A stretch of DNA of 64,000 nt from Mobula birostris (GCF_030028105.1 NC_092379.1:27645821-27709820), one strand, 5' to 3'. Shown: positions 13,620-29,000, counted from the stretch's first letter. Notes: generated by a model not told the origin, from the sequence alone. Made by a program: numbers and translations.

Positions 13620-14880
13620 TATCTCAATAAAAGGACCACACATAAGATTTCTCTTTATGCAGATGATATTTTGGTTTATATTCCGAACCCTGAAGAACGT
13701 ACTCCGAATATTTTGGAAATACTGAATGATTTTGGAAGATTTTCAGGATATAAACTTAACTTAAATAAAAGTAAATTGTTCCCATTAAATTTTCCTGATT
13801 ATATATATAGAACGATATTCCATTTAGAATTGGTAATTATTTTAAATATTTATATATTATCGTTATTAAAAATATAAACATCTTTTTAAAGCTAATGTAG
13901 TTGCTTTAATAGACTCCATGAATCAATTATTTTCCAGTTGGAACCCACTTACACTTTCTTGAATAGGTCGTATTCATGCCATGAAAATGATGGTTTTACC
14001 TAGATTTTTAAAATATTTTTCATAATATCCCTATCTTTTTAACTAAAATTCAAATTGAATCAATAATTTCATCCTTTATTTGGAATTATAAAGGACAAAG
14101 AATTAATAAATATCGTTTACAAAAATCTAAATAAGATGGTGGACTTGCACGATCTAATTTAAGATTGTATTATTGGGCTGTTGATATTCGGCTTTTTGTT
14201 TTGGCTATATTGGCTCGACAACAGCCAAAAAACAGATTGGATTCATTTGGAAATAAAAGCTATCAAACAATTTCATTTAACCTCATTATTAGGAGATCCA
14301 TTACGTTTGCAACTTGTTAAATTCCAAATTTAAATCTCTACCCTGTTATTAAACAGTCCTTACGGATTTGGTTTCAGTTTCGCAGCTCTTTTAATTTTAA
14401 ACAATTTAAATTATCTTGCTGTTTATGTCGATTTTTTTTTTTTTGTAATTTAAACTTTCAATAACCTATCCCATTTTTCTCTTATGGAGAAATAAACGAA
14501 TCGTTTGAGTTCATTTATATGGTTTCTGTCCAATCTTATTTTATATAAATGTTTACTGGCGGTTGATGATTTTTCTTCTTATATATAGATGAGTGTAAGA
14601 CGTATTGCTCCCGGCGTTGTTTCCTAATGTGGTTTAGTTTAGTTTTTTCTTCTTTTTTTTGTTCTTTTTCTTTCTCTTGTAGATAGTGGGGTTTCATTCC
14701 TTTAGTTAGTTGGAGTTCTCTTCTTTCCCATTTCCATTATAAAATAATATAGTTTTTTTTCATTATCATATTTTAGATAAGTTTTTCCTTCAGCTGAATA
14801 AACTGTTTATATATCAATTTATTGAAGTTTTGTATTATTTTATAGCTGTAGAAGATTATATATGAATAAAAAGATTTTTT
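13620..14880 (+). mobile_element. L1-clade LINE RT fragment and AT-rich 3' end
   Basis: HKISLYADDILVY at ~13630-13680 and FGRFSGYKLNLNKSKLFPLN. Confidence 0.8.
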
Positions 14881-15339
14881 TTTTAATGAAAACTTAAAAA
14901 CATGGGGTAAAACTGCCTTACAGCCATGTCTTAACGGTGCTCGCTCTCATAACAACACTGATTTTATTCTTCGGGTCACGTGGCAAGTAAACATTTCTGA
15001 TGACAAATTCGTTTAGACATACTGCTGTAACACCATGATCAACATTTTGTCTACAGAGGAAATCAATCTTGTAGTGACGTGATAATATTATCTTTGTCAC
15101 GTATCTCAAGACAGACACACAGGATCAATTTTAAGGAACCATTTATGATGGATGCAAAAAAAAAATGTTCCAGATGGACCTAATATTCTTCAGCAATGTC
15201 TGAAAGAAACTCAGTGAAATCAATGATTAGTTCTCTGCGCAACAAGGGAGTAACTGACCAGGCGCAATGTGATAAATCTTTTACAAGTTTTATTTGTAAA
15301 CACGTACGAAGCCGTTGACTTACTTAACGCTCGAAATGA

Positions 15340-16130
15340 AACAATAAGACCATAAGCTATAGGAACACAGGCAGGTCAATCGGCCCAACGAATCCGTTCC
15401 ACAATTAAATCATGGACTCATCTGATTCTTTCAGTTATCCCCGCTGTTCTGCTTTCAGCACAGTTAATCAAGAGCCAATCTTTCTCCGCCTTAAATACAC
15501 GCAATGACGGGCTACGAGTCCGCTCGTGGCAACAAATTCTACAGCTTTACCACCCTCTGAGTAAAGTAATTTCTGCGCCCCTCAGTTCCAAATGGACGTT
15601 CTTCAATACTGAAGTCGTGCCCTCTTGTCCTACACCTACAATGGGAAATAACTTTGCCATACCTAATCTGTTCAGGCCGTTTAACGTTAGAATATTTCTA
15701 TGACATCCGCCTCATTGATCTGAAAGTCAGAGAACCCAGCCCAAGATCTTCAAGGTGCACCTCCTACGGTAACCCATCATTCCTAGAATAATTCTCGTGA
15801 ATATACTTTGAACCCTCTCTAACGCTAGTGAATGTCCAAAACGTACTCAGTTGTTGTACTTTACGCTTCCACAGTAACTGATAAGATTTCGACGTGGAAG
15901 TGCGTTACTTTAAATTCCTTGAGCAATTCGAATTAGCTTTTATGCAGTGTTCCTTCTACTGAGGCTTGGAACTCTGCAATAATGAACCTTTGGCTAGTTT
16001 GGCTATTTTTATCAGAGTTCCACTTCTGAGGTTCTGTGAGCTCCACACCTGACCTACAATACTTTTGGGTTATTTCTCGTACGAATGATTTGTTATTCCT
16101 TGTCACAGACTCGCCTCTTTAACTATTTCT
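15340..16130 (-). mobile_element. Decayed CR1 LINE 3' portion
   Basis: ACCATAAG...GGCCCA tail and downstream sequence homologous to 6030-6600. Confidence 0.65.
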
Positions 16131-17728
16131 CTGATTTGTCCTCAACTATGCAATGGGAAAGGACAGGAGCTACACTGCTCATGTAATTCTTGCTCCTCTC
16201 CTTTTTTTTTAGTTCTTATTCGGTAGACATTATTTTTCACTTATTTATTTGCATATTTTATTCAATATTGTTAATATTTATATATGTTTTCTTATAAGTT
16301 GCTATCATGTACTTTATGAATTTTCTGTTTATGCCTATTGATGGCATTATATTATCATTACAAATTCGACTTTTAAAAACATTTAGCTTTCTAAATCTTG
16401 TGCTTTTTGTTTCCATAAAATGACAATTGACTGAAGAGGAAAAGAAATGTAGCTTCACAAGGGGAATACCACATTAATAGCATTGTTAATTAGTTTCTGT
16501 AGTCTACCAATCGTTATTTTGTTGCAAGGAAGTACCATGTGAATGGATCTACTGACTATTTGAGTATAAACATATTGCGTATGTGGTACTTCTGGAGGTG
16601 CGATGTGTAGTGTTACTAAGCCTACTAGATATGTTACTTGTGTTATATTTAAAATTGCACAAATAATTTTCAGGTATGGTGATAAACTATTGCTTGACTT
16701 AGCAGAAGGTGTAACCCTTGTTCAGTTAACATTTTCTGGGAAAACCCACAATTTGGGGAGGTTGCCAATTCCTCACAGTAAATATTTAAAGGAGAAACAC
16801 AGGAGCTGGTATACTGATAGTACATAATCACGAAAATAGGAAGACAATTTCAGAGGTAATAGGGGTCGCATTAAAATGTGAAGTTACAGCATCCCAATGC
16901 GTGTACATTTTCATGGAACGCGCATAATCAACTTCTATGGTGTGACACTTTATTTTCTGGAGGTTAGAATTAAAATTATGGATAGTGTCCTCTTCAGGAG
17001 AATCGTATTCTTCCCTACTTTTGTAGATGTCATTTCTTTTCAAATATATGATTGCATTGTGAAACCAAGTGACCATGCATTTCTTTACTAATTCAAATGT
17101 GAGAAAACAAATCCTGCGAAAAAATGAAGGTACCAACTCAAATCCGTAATTAGTTCAGAAGATTCATTTTCAGAAAAAAAAAAAATGTTCTGCAGAACTT
17201 AGAAAGTAATGCAAATACTCCAGAGATAGAGATAAACTACTATCAGCTTACTGAGAGATATCGCCGGCTGGCGTAATGCACTATGGCGTCAGAGACTGAT
17301 TCTAACTTGCATCATGCAAAGGAAGTTACTCCTTCGATATTATTCTGGATTTAAAAAAAAAATATCCATACATATTAATATGTATGAATTAAGACAAGTA
17401 AAACTTGTAAACTAATAAATATGATTCAATATCACTGCCGGCAAATTTCCAGCCGTGGATATTTCTTATAATCGCAATTGCAGTTTCAGATGTTTGCATG
17501 TCCTCAACTATGTGAGTGCCTTTCCGCCATTCTTGATAGAGTTTGTACCTTCTTTGTGCGACGACCTCCTTCACAAGATATTAGACTAACATTTCCTGAT
17601 CTCTATGCTTGCTATTGATCTTTTATTCGGTTTTCCATGTCTTGGCGCCTGAGTGAATCGCTTTCATTGCTCTTGAACGGATAGTTCTCTTTATTTCTTC
17701 TGGCATATTTCATACATCTACTTCTTCT

Positions 17729-17870
17729 GGTGAAATGGTTAGGGCGTTGGGCTGACGATCTGAAGGTCGTGGGTTGGAGTTTCGGCCAAGGCAGCGTGTT
17801 GTGCCTTTGATTACGGCACTTAACCACACACTTCTCCAGTCCATCCAGCTGAAAATGTGTACCGGCAAAT
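17729..17870 (+). mobile_element. tRNA-derived SINE
   Basis: tRNA-like head with decayed A and B boxes (GGTGAAATGGTTAGGG...GGTTGGAGTTT), then GGCACTTAACCACACA core. Confidence 0.55.
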
Positions 17871-18061
17871 CAATATTCAGTTTTAGGTTTCCATTATTGA
17901 ATCCCTCTATTTTGGAGTCATCACCATGCATTGTTGTTACTACTGAGCAGTGTATTATTGTGCGTAATTCTTGAAATGGTTTGTTTACTAAATACTGTGG
18001 TAATAAATTATTGTTACGGGGAATGACTATTCTTGCAAATGTTCATGGTGTAATTTGTTTT

Positions 18062-18520
18062 CGTCACGGGGGGGGGGGGCAGGGAATATACCCAAATGCA
18101 AGACACAGACACTGAAGTACAAGGAACAGGACTTGAATAGAGTAGGGACGCGACAGTATACAGACAAGGAGCAGGGACAAGAACACAGAGTTGGACTTGA
18201 ACCCCGAGCCGAAGACTGGAAAAAGACCCAGAACCTGGGTTTTTCCTCGGGCTCGGGCCCCAGAACCATGCAAGGACATGATATGACTACAGCACAGGAA
18301 GCTGTGGTCTTGAGCATGAGCTTGGAGACAGGCTCGCTTATTGGATCTTGAGCTTGGAAATATGATGGGGTCTTGGACCTTGAGTTTGGTGAGAGGCTAG
18401 GGTCTTGGATCTCGAGCTTGGAAACAGGCTGGGGTCTTGGATATTGAGTTTGAAGACAGGATGGTATCTTGGGTCTTGAGCTTGGAGTCAGGTTGGTGTC
18501 ATGGATCTTGAGTGTGTACA
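18062..18520 (-). mobile_element. Partial copy of the 4224-5667 LTR family, opposite orientation
   Basis: ACCCAAATGCAAGACACAGACACTGAAGTACAAGGAACAGGAC matches the reverse complement of ~5595-5642; related GGTCTTGGA tandem units. Confidence 0.75.
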
Positions 18521-18803
18521 CAAAGCGATACCATAATTTGCTAAAGAACAGACCATGGGCATGGTACATACATGCATGGATTTGCTTCCGATTGGGTGCG
18601 TGGATGGTTCTTTATTTCCGACCTATCCTGCATTCTACAGAACATTCCATAATCTGCCACATTGAGATCCACCCCATATTGGCGAGCATACTTCTCGCGG
18701 GTTATTATTAACTCTTATTCCTATTGTTTTTTTTTTTTTTCACTCAGCTGAATCTCTTAACACCTAAGGTACAGACAAGGCCAAGCACACTCATTTTTTC
18801 TAA

Positions 18804-21800
18804 AAAGATGGCGCCGGTAACTGGCGACTCTGCGCGTTCTCTCCCGAGAAAACTGCCCTCTACACTATCCTATACTCAAGAAACCCTTCTAAACCTCCAA
18901 TCTTCTACATCTAGCAAGATCAGCAATATCCCGGCGAAGCTACTGACCCAGCTGGAGACCTCTGCGCCAGAATTGTTTCTTGAACTCCGAACCGCACCTG
19001 GACCCGACCAGCGAGGCGCACCGCTTTCCCGGAGACCCGCAGTATGCTACCGTACCGGAGTGCTTGGAGACACGTCCCATTCCGACCTGCACCTGTCTGT
19101 AGCAGACGACCACACAGAAGTGACGGCAGAGACCTCAAGGTGCTCCAGACGCTTCCCCGGAGCGAGCACCGTTGGTGGCCATCCACAGCTGCCCGAAATC
19201 GAGCCCGAGGCTTGGCTGGAGTGGAACCTTCCGCAACCGTGACACGGCTTACGGACTTGTTTCAGCAAGGAGCCCGGCCATCCGGGATTATGTGTCGGCT
19301 TCGGGGTGAGACCCAATCGACAGCCCTGGGCGCCGGCAGCTGGAAGTGGCAGCGAAGCCTCCCCCGTCACTCGACCCGCCCGGAGCCCCGTACGACGCGA
19401 CGGGTCGATCGATCCCCGCGTGATGAGTCCACCAACTTCAAACAGCTGACAACAACACACTGCATCGATGGAAACCTCCAAAGATGTACTATTTACCGAA
19501 GAAGTGTGGGAAAAGTGCTGGGCTGCTAGTCAGGTTGAAGCTGAGGGGCTTCTGGGTCCCTATGCCCACCATCCTACTAGCTAATGTGCAATCCATAGAG
19601 AACAAGGTGGATGATCATCAAGGGAGACTAACCTACTGCAGGAAGATGCAGAAACTCTGTGTATTCTGTTTCACCGAGACCTGGCTCTCCCCTGCCACCC
19701 CCGACTGTGCAATCCGACCGGAGGGATTTTCGATCCATCAAATGGACCGCACGGCGTCTTCGGACAAGACGAGGGGAGGTGGTTTTTGCCCAGTGATCTA
19801 CACTGCGTGGTGCTCGGACACAGTGGCACTGACAAGCTCCTGCAGCCCGGACCTGGAACACCTGCAGGTGAAGTGTCGTCCCTAGCATCTGCCACGGAAA
19901 TTCGCCTCGTTAATACTACCAGCGGTTTACATTCCCGCCAGCCGGACGAGGAGAATGCTCTGAACATACTGTATACCAACATCAGTGAACTTGAGAGCAG
20001 GTGTCCGGAGGCTTTGTTCATTAAAGTCGGGGATATTAACCTGGCCAACCTCAAAAAGCGCTGCCAAAGTTATACTAAAATTAATCCTGCCCCACTAGAG
20101 GCCCGAATATACTTGACCACTGCTACACAGTAGTTAATGATGCCTACCGTTCCGTCCCACGAAACCTTGGATGAATTATGAGGTCAAGTCCCTTTTAAAG
20201 GCTAGAACTGCGGCTTTTAGGTCCGGGGATACCAGTCGCTACACGGAATCCAGGCGTGAACTCCGGAAAGCCATTAAGGACGCAAAGAAGCAATATCGAG
20301 CTAAGTTGGAAGCCCAAGCTAACCAGAGGGATACCAGTAGATTATAGCAGGATCTAAATGAGACAACCGAGAGCAAAGAAAAGTTTGGGAATATCAATAA
20401 CTCCAGCGCTTCTCTTCCTGTCGAACTTAACGAATTCTACGCAAGACTGGAAAAGAAGAGGATCGTTCCGCGCCCTCCGGATGAACCCGACCTGGTGGCA
20501 TCAAGATTCATCGTCACCGAGAAGGACGTTAGAAGTGCCTTCCTGAAGATAAATCGAAGAAAGGCGACGGGCCCATATAGAGTCCCGGGACGGGTTCTCC
20601 GGCCCTGTGCAAGTGAGCTAGCTGGAGTGTTTGCTGACATCATCAACTGCTCCTTGCTTCAGTCTAAGATCCCGTCGTGTTTTAAGAAGGCAACGATAAT
20701 ACGATAATCCCAGTGCCGAAGAAGAGCAAGGTGGCATCCCGGAATGGCTGTCGAGCTGTAGCTCTGACATCAATTGTTATAAAGTGCTTCGAGAGATCGG
20801 TTATTTCACACATCAAATACAACCTAGCTGTTAACTTCGACGCTTTGCAATTCGCCTACCGGAGCAACAGGTCAATGGCAGATGCCATCTCTCTGGTCCT
20901 ACATTCCTCCTTAGAACACATGGAGAATAAAGATGCATACGTAAGGCTCATTTTCATTGACTACAGCTCTGCGTTTAATACCATCATTCCAATTAAACTG
21001 ATTCCTAAGCTCCGGACCTGGGCCTTAGCACTCAGATCTGCAGCTGAATCTACAACTTCCTCACAGACAGGACCCAGGCTGTAAAAAAATAGGGGACGAG
21101 TTCTCTACGATCACTCTGAGCAGCGGTGCCCCACAAGGCTGTGCGCTCAGCCCCCTGCTCTACTCAGTGTACACCCATGATTGTGTAACGAAGTTTCCAT
21201 CAAACTCAATATATATGTATTTTTTTTGTGATGACACAACAATTGTAGGCCATGTCACGGGTAATGATGAGTTTGAGGGCAGAGAGGAAATTAAGAATCT
21301 GGTGGCATAGTGCAAAGACGATAAGCTATCCCTCAAAGTCAGCAAGACGAAGGGATTGGTTGCTGACTTCAGAAGGAGTAGCGGACCGCAAGACCCAATT
21401 TACATCGATGGTGCGCAAGTGGAACAGGTCAAAAGCTTTAAGTTCCTGGGGGTCAATATCACAAATGACCTGACTTGGTCCAACTAAGCAGAGTTCACTG
21501 CCAAGAAGGCCCACCAGCGCCTTTACTTCCTGAGAAAACTAAAAAAAAAATTGGTCTGCCCCGTGAAACCCTCACTATTTTTTTTATAGATGCACCCAGA
21601 AAGGATTGTTCTAAGGGGCACCACAGGCTGGTATGGAAATTGTCCTGTCCAAGACCAAAAGAAGCTGCAGAAGATCGTGAACACGGGGCAGCACATCACA
21701 CAAATCAATCTTCTGTCCTTGGACTCACTTTACGCCGCACGTTGTCGGAGCAGTGCTGCCAGGATATTGAGGGACACAATCCACCCAGCCAACGCGAGAA

Positions 21801-22142
21801 CGTTCAAGAGCTTGAAGACTCATACGGCCAGATTTGGGAAAAGCTTCTTTCCAACTGTGATAAGACTGCTGAACGGATCCTGACCCGGATCTGGGCCGTA
21901 CCCTCCAAATATCCGGACCTTCCTCTCGGTTTTTTGGACTACCTTGCTTTCTATTTTTTTTTCCTATTTTCTATTTATGATTTATACTTTAAATATTAAT
22001 TATTTACTACTTTTACTAATTTTAATATTTTGAATATTTAATATTCGTAATCCAGAGAGCGGAAAAGGCATAATCAAATATCTCTATGATGATTGTACGT
22101 TCTCATATCAAATGTTTGGCGACAATAAAGTATAAAGTATAA
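18804..22142 (+). mobile_element. Near full-length Rex1/Babar-type LINE (AP endonuclease and RT), frameshifted
   Basis: PTILLANVQSIENK...CFTETWL; FKKATII; QFAYRSNRS; [11 protein letters not shown]; GAPQGCALSPLLYS; tail AATAAAGTATAAAGTATAA. Confidence 0.9.
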
Positions 22143-22199
22143 TTGTTGGGGACTTGCTAATGGCTAAACTCCACTATATAAATATTCATTTGCTCTCTC

Positions 22200-23050
22200 T
22201 TTTCGGAGCACAAACAGCTGTGCCCTGTATATTAAGTGTAACTACCTCTCTGTCCATTCAAACCCCAGCCTGCTGAATGAACAAGAGTTCATGTCGCTTC
22301 AGCTCCACATCTCAAACGCAGTCTGAATTAAGTTGCAACTGAAAACACAGGCTGGGTTGCAGTCGTTAAGGTATTTAGATTTTTTTCTGCGATTCCACAT
22401 CCCAGGAAAATAAAAATAAATAAAAAAAAAACAGACCACATCATTGCCTGGTATTTTCATTATTTCAAAGTAAATTGTAAAGAGAGATACAAATAAAGAA
22501 TGTTTCAGAAACTAAACTAGTCTCCAGCGTCCCTCGCCGAAGCCCCTTGAACTAAACCCTCAAGGTCTACAACCTAACGGAACCACTCAGTCGCTCCCAA
22601 ATAGTCTCTCTCGGTCATTGAAAACTCACGATTAAAATCGACAAGCCATCAGTTTGCCGATCTTAGGCCTGCCGAATTTAATTAACGAACATCGTCCAAT
22701 ATTCTTTGGATTTGGAACATATCCCATTGCTTGATAGGGTGACGAATGCTCTGCAGATATGTATGTCGGCAAGGAAGATAATAAAGTTGATTTTGCCAAA
22801 CACTCTAACACTGGCATTAACAGGCGAAACATAGAATGTGATTTAAATGAAACAGTAATCGTAAACATGAAATGCGTTCAGAGGAGGTGGCAGAATCAAA
22901 GTAGACTTAGAAAGAAAGGTATCTATCCTAGCAGGTTCAGAATATTGGAAACATCGAAAATAGAAAATAAGAAATCAGTAGCTGCTTTTATTGATCTTTT
23001 AAAGCCATTAAATATTTTGCTCCAATTCTAAAATTAAAGAATATCAGATT
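22200..23050. mobile_element. Short decayed CR1 fragments (ORF1-like on minus ~22200-22560; RT on plus ~22640-23050)
   Basis: KVDFAKH resembles the K-FADD region; RRWQNQS resembles the WQM motif. Confidence 0.45.
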
Positions 23051-23069
23051 AGGAATGCAGATGTCCAAA

Positions 23070-26000
23070 GGACCATACGACACAGGAACAGAATTACGCC
23101 ATGTGGCCAATAGAGTCTGCTCCACGATTTTTATTTTCCCGTCCTCTGCCTAACTCTCCTGCTTACTCCCCATAACCTATGATGCCGTGTCCAATCAAAA
23201 TCACCCAGTGACCCGGACAATACAGCTGCCCGTGGTATAAATTAAACAGGTATGCCATCCTTTATGTAGTTAAATGTCTCCACATCTCTGTATTAAATCT
23301 AAATACATCTATCCTGAGGTTGTGTCCATTTCTTCCAGACACATCTTGTTCCTTTCCTCTGTCTAAGCCATTCAGCATTCGAAAGATTTCACTGAGATCC
23401 CAACTGATCCTTCTGCATTCCTGCTATTACAGCTGCACAAAAGATCGGATATTCCACATATCATAACCCTTTCATCGCCGATTGTGTTTCTGAACATTCT
23501 CCAATGCCAGCACTTCCTTGCTCAGATCAGGAGCCGAAAGCTGTTCACAATATTGAAGGTGAGGCCTCACCAGTGCTTTATGAAGCCTCAAGCTATTAAC
23601 CTTGACAGTACCGTGATATTTTGGACCTCGTGAAATGAAGGCTAACATTGTGTAACGCACTGTAAGGTTTCACTGGTGATGTAAATGCCTCTCTGTAATG
23701 TTTCGCTGCTGAGGTAATAGTTTCTCTGTAGAAGGAATGTGTGGGTTATGGCCAGACATAATGCAGGCTTTGGGATGTATGCTAGCCAATGAGAGGCATG
23801 TTGTTCTTTCTTATGGGTCTGGGAGCAGAGATTTCCCATGTCTTTTGTCGGCCAGAGATGAAGAGGGAAGACGGAAATCGGAAAGAGTTGGAAGACTACC
23901 AGACGGAGTGGACGCGGAGCGAGCATCCATCGATCAACAATGCTTGTAGGAGGGTGAATGGAAGATTATGTGAGCTCCATGTGAACTTAGGACTGTTTCA
24001 TTAAAATGGGCACTTTTTTGATCATTTTCTTTATCAACCTTATAGTCAGATTATATTTATAAAGTTCAATATTTTAATTGTATACGTTGTACTGTCTGAT
24101 AGATTGGAATTCGGATTTGTAACCGACACAACACATCACGCAGCATCTACACAAACGAGATTTCCCAGTTTGGTTGTGCCAGACGCTGTATTACCCTAAA
24201 CATAAGTATGCTGGAAGAACCTCAGGGTTAGAATTGTGATTCCGTCGGATGCTGTGTGATTGCCCTGAGCATTCAACCACTGGGTTGTGAGTTTATATCT
24301 GTGCTGGTATGGATGCTACAGGGGTGGAGAACTAGTGTGCCTCTATGGGGCTACTGATAAATAATGAGTGCGTGTTCGTACCACACATGAATTGTAAATT
24401 TGATTTTTGAGCACGGTTGTAGTTGTTGGCAAAGTTGGGTTGTAGCGCGGAGGTTTCATCAAATGGCGGCTGTAGACCTCGTTTGAGTTCAGACTAACGC
24501 TGACATAACGGCAGTGGAACTGCATACTTGTATCAGTGACCCAGTTGAGGAGGGGCCATGGCCTGTCCATTAAGACAGGCTGGAGGACACGGTACCGGAG
24601 CAGGCCGAGTCACAATTCGAGCTTCCTGTAGCTAGGGGTGGAAAGTTCAAAGCCAGGGTTGTATGCTTTCTGAGGAATGAGGGGAAGGAGCGGGCGGATT
24701 TGGAATGTCTAATTAGTCTTCGTCCCCCAGGGAAACGTAAGAATTCTGAGATAGTATCCGACCTTACCTCTGGCGAACGTATGGAAGAAGTCCATGCTAT
24801 GGTTGGCTCCACCTATTCTCTGAAACAAAGCCCACCCCTAAAGGGGAAGAAGAGTATGAGACTGCGGCGGATCAGACTTCTTAGTTGTTCGATGAGTGGC
24901 AGTGCACTGATGACGAAAAGTGACAAAGATTGTTTGAATCTTTGAGTAGCCGGACCTGATGTGTTGGGAGCTGTGAAAACAGGCCAACCCTTAGTTAGCA
25001 TGTCCGTTTACCAGCGCACATTGGACAGTGCCTTTGGTACGACAGAGAGCCCACTGGAGCTCATGCCGGCGTTTCAGAACCTGCGTCAAGAGAAGGCGGA
25101 GAAACTTTCTGCTTACATTTCTCGTCTAGAGCGGCAGCTAAATTGTGTCAGGTGCAGAGGGGTTATTCAGGCCGTAGAGGCGAATCAGTTAAGAATGAAC
25201 GAGATATCCAAGGTCGCCCAGTTCAAAGACCTGATTACCTGGGGTTTCCGACTGTCTCGTAAGACGCGTTCCCCTCTCTATTTTGTTGACATTCGGAGGA
25301 GAAGGATGCGTCGGACGCGCGGGATAACTCCGTCAGCAGGGTTCCACGGTAGTAGCCCCTACTGCTGAAGTAACCACGGATGGCCTGCTTCGGCAACCGG
25401 TAGAGGAGATTCTGGCGGAGTTGAGAACTATGGATCGGTTGTTACCAGCAGTGTGACCTTCCCAGTCATATGATGGAGCTGATGGGGACGGATCCCATAA
25501 GGGGACGAACAATCGGAGGGCTGGTAGCCGCTTCTGTTGCGCGACAGGGAGAGTGAGCCCCCGGGTAAATAATCAGAGACAGTCGTTGAGAAGCAGTGAT
25601 GGAACGGCCTGGGGTCTCTGGGGGAATACGTTCCTAGAAATATACCAAGGACTTCCCGTAAGCGAAAGACTGCTGTTGAAGACTTAGAGTGTCGCTACGG
25701 ATAGAGGGTATTTATGATTTAAAAAAACATTCTTGACACCGGGTCGCTGGACACGTTGTTGTACCAATCGCTTTACAACTGGTATCTGAAGCATTGGACA
25801 CCATTCAGGGCACTGGAGATCTGGTGACTCAGGGCCAATGATTCTCCAGACTAAGGTTATTAGTCAGTGAAGTTAGAGATTCCGGAGGCCGATGTGGGCG
25901 TGTCTGAGGTCCGTTATACATTACTGCAGATTTTTCCGGACCCTGTTGAGATAGGGTGGCGTTTCAATTCTGGTGGGGTCCAACATCCCTCTTGTGAGGA

Positions 26001-29000
26001 GACTCATGAGAGGCTGAAAGGAGCAGGCTGGTGAGAGCCGCTCTAGGAATATTGTCCGTGAACCCGGTGTTTCCAGCTGCCATTGTGGAGGGTGGTTGCG
26101 TTGATTCGGATACCCACATTAGACGAGGGACCGTGTGGTTCACCTAGGCGAAGACAATCGTGGTACGGTCCCGAGCATCACAGACGCGCTGGCTGTCTGA
26201 GTGGTGCCAAGTCTTTCAGTGTGCTGGACTTGAAGTGTGGACATTACTAGATCTTTATGAGTGCGGCCGATAATGTGCGGACGGCATTCATATTATTTTC
26301 CCAATACAAAAGGATGCAGCAGGGCACATCGAGAGCCTCTACAACGTTCCAGCCGGTCATGAAGAAGGCTGTGGGGACAATGAACTTGCTCCAGGTATTG
26401 GTGGATCTCAATGACCTAATACTGCACTGATCCACCTTGGAGGAACATGAAGCGAGGCTACTGTGGGTTCTAGATCGCCTTGAAGCTGAAGGGTTTAAAC
26501 TTTCATTTAACAAGTGCCAGTTCTGCAAAACGTCTGTTAGTTATGTTGGGCACATAATCTCAACGAAAGGGTAATTAATTATCCGACTAAGATAGAGTCA
26601 GTGACCAGTTGCCCAAGACCAGAGTCTCTGAGGGCTCTACGCTCCTTCTTCGCATTCTGTGGATTCTATCGGAGGCTCGTGAAGGACGACGCTACAGTGA
26701 GTCACCCATTGAATCAGTTTCTGTGCAGTTGCTCTCCCTTGGGGAAAAAAGGGTGAAGAAAAAAGGACAAGAGAGTGGAATATATCTTAGCCCGTCTCAG
26801 CTGTTTGGACTGAGGTGGGATGCAAAATGTGACGACGCTTTTCAATCATTCAGGGAGCTGCTGACTCAAGAGCCGTTGATGTTTTTTTTTTTTGGACCCC
26901 GACGGTCCTATGTACTGCACACGGATACCAGCCGAGCGGGCTTGGAGGCGTCCATTATCAGGATTAGGGCATCGGACTGACATTCGATGCTTTGTCAGCT
27001 GGAGTTGTCGCCTTCCGATAAAAACTATCCAATGCACAAGTTGTATTTCTGATATTGAAATGGGCAGTGGCGGATAAGTTGAATGTCTAACTCTACGGGG
27101 CTAAGTTTAGGGGAGGACTGAAAACAGCCCCTCTAACCTATACACTGACATTGGGGAAACTGGATGCCACAGGCCATCGGTGTATGGCGGCGTTGTTTGC
27201 CCATGATTTCAGCCTGACGTACCAAACCACGAACCTGGAATATTGAAGCTAATGCTTTGCCCCGACTCGACAGGACGAAGAGTGGGACAGCATTCCTGCC
27301 CAGGGTCATGTGTCAGTTTGCCATCACCGTGAGGCACCGTGAAAGGAGGAGAGAGCCGAGCGGTGGATAAATTGGGAACTTCTAATGACGTAATCTCCAA
27401 ACTTTTCTGTAACCTGACTCCTCTACAGACAAATCAGCTGTCGGAGTTGAGTTCTGGGGACGTGACAGGTGCTCAGCGAAATGATCTGGCCATCGGTATC
27501 ATTTGGTCGTCGCGCAGAAAGGGAGACTTGTCTCAGGTGGAGAAGATGAAGCACGTGTAGGTTCCTAAATTACTGACAGAATGGCCTCGGTTGGAGTTGT
27601 GGAACCAGATCTCGTACCCTGTCACGTCACCCCCAGAGCGACTTCGGCGTTGCCAGCTGGTTCTGTCGGAGAAATATCGGAGGATTATTTTGAAGTCACT
27701 TCATGATAATCTTTTAAGACATTTGTTGGTGGAAAAGACCTATGGATTGCTCAGAGACTGGTTTTATTGGCCCCATATGAAGTCGGGGTTCGATGAATAC
27801 TGCAAGTTATGTATTCGATGCATGCGCTGGAAGATACTGCCTACATGGGCAACACCCTTGTCCCATCTTCAGAGTGCGGGGCACCTGGACCTGGTGTATG
27901 GATTTCCTGTCAATAGAACCCGATGCCAGCAACGCGGCGAATGCCTTAATCATCACGGACTACTACACCAGATATGTGCTTACTTTTCCTACCAAGGACC
28001 AGAGGGCTTCCACGGTGACCTAAGTGCTATGGAAGAAGGATTTGTTTTATTATAGCCTTCCCAGGAGGATATATAGTGTTTAGGGACGAGGTTCCGAGAC
28101 AGGCTTATCCACGAGTTGCTAGGTATGCGTGGGATCGAAACGTCGAATTCTACGCCCTATCCCCAGCCCGAAAGGTTTAATCGGACATAGCTGGACGTGC
28201 TCCAGTCCCCGGAAATCAGCAACAAGAGGAGGTGGAATTAACATATTGGACATGTGGTTCACAGTTGCAACGCTACAGGAAATAAAGCTGCTGGGTACTC
28301 GCCATATTATCTGATGTTTGGGCACGAGGCGAGGTTTCTCATTCCTTTGTTTTGGGACTGATGAGAGTGACTTACCAGCGAAGACACTTGAAATAGATGT
28401 CTGACATGAAATGAAAGCTGAAAACGGTATATAAAGTAGCTGGGGTCGAGGATGCCAAGCAGCATCAAGGAAGTAAGACGAGGTATATACTCATAAGGTC
28501 AGGTTTTCCCACCTCCTGCCGGGAGACCGGGATATTATAAGGAATTTGGTGCCCACTCGGAAACATAAGCTGTCTGACAGCAACGCGGCTAAGCTCTATG
28601 CGATGGAGAGTCAAATGGCAAATCTACCAGTTTTCCAGGTGAAACCAATGGATGATAATCGGGCTTTCAAGATTCTCCATCGGAAGCCGGCTGCTGGTAC
28701 AAAAGAGGTGCAAGTAGATCCAGAGTACGACAGCTAGGAAGACGACTGTGGGAAAACCCGGGGTGGCTGCAGGGCGTACAGCAGGAGATGTTAGGCCTGC
28801 ACCCACAATTGAGGGGGATACTGATTCGCAAGATGATGACGTGGATATGTGGTAAATGTTGTCTTTTGCTAACTCCCCACTGATTGAGGGTGAGACTCCC
28901 AGCCCTTCTCCCGCTGAGTCAGGTGAAGTGAAGGGGCAGCTTGGGTTGCATCGGGAACCGGCAACATATGAAGTGGGGCTTGGCCACGTGACAGACTGGT

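Noticed and set aside
16460-17600. Short ORFs that might be LINE C-terminal or exon remnants
   Set aside because: No recognisable motif or consistent splice sites.
18724-20133. Cluster of 100-170 aa ORFs
   Set aside because: 5' region and endonuclease of the Rex1/Babar LINE.
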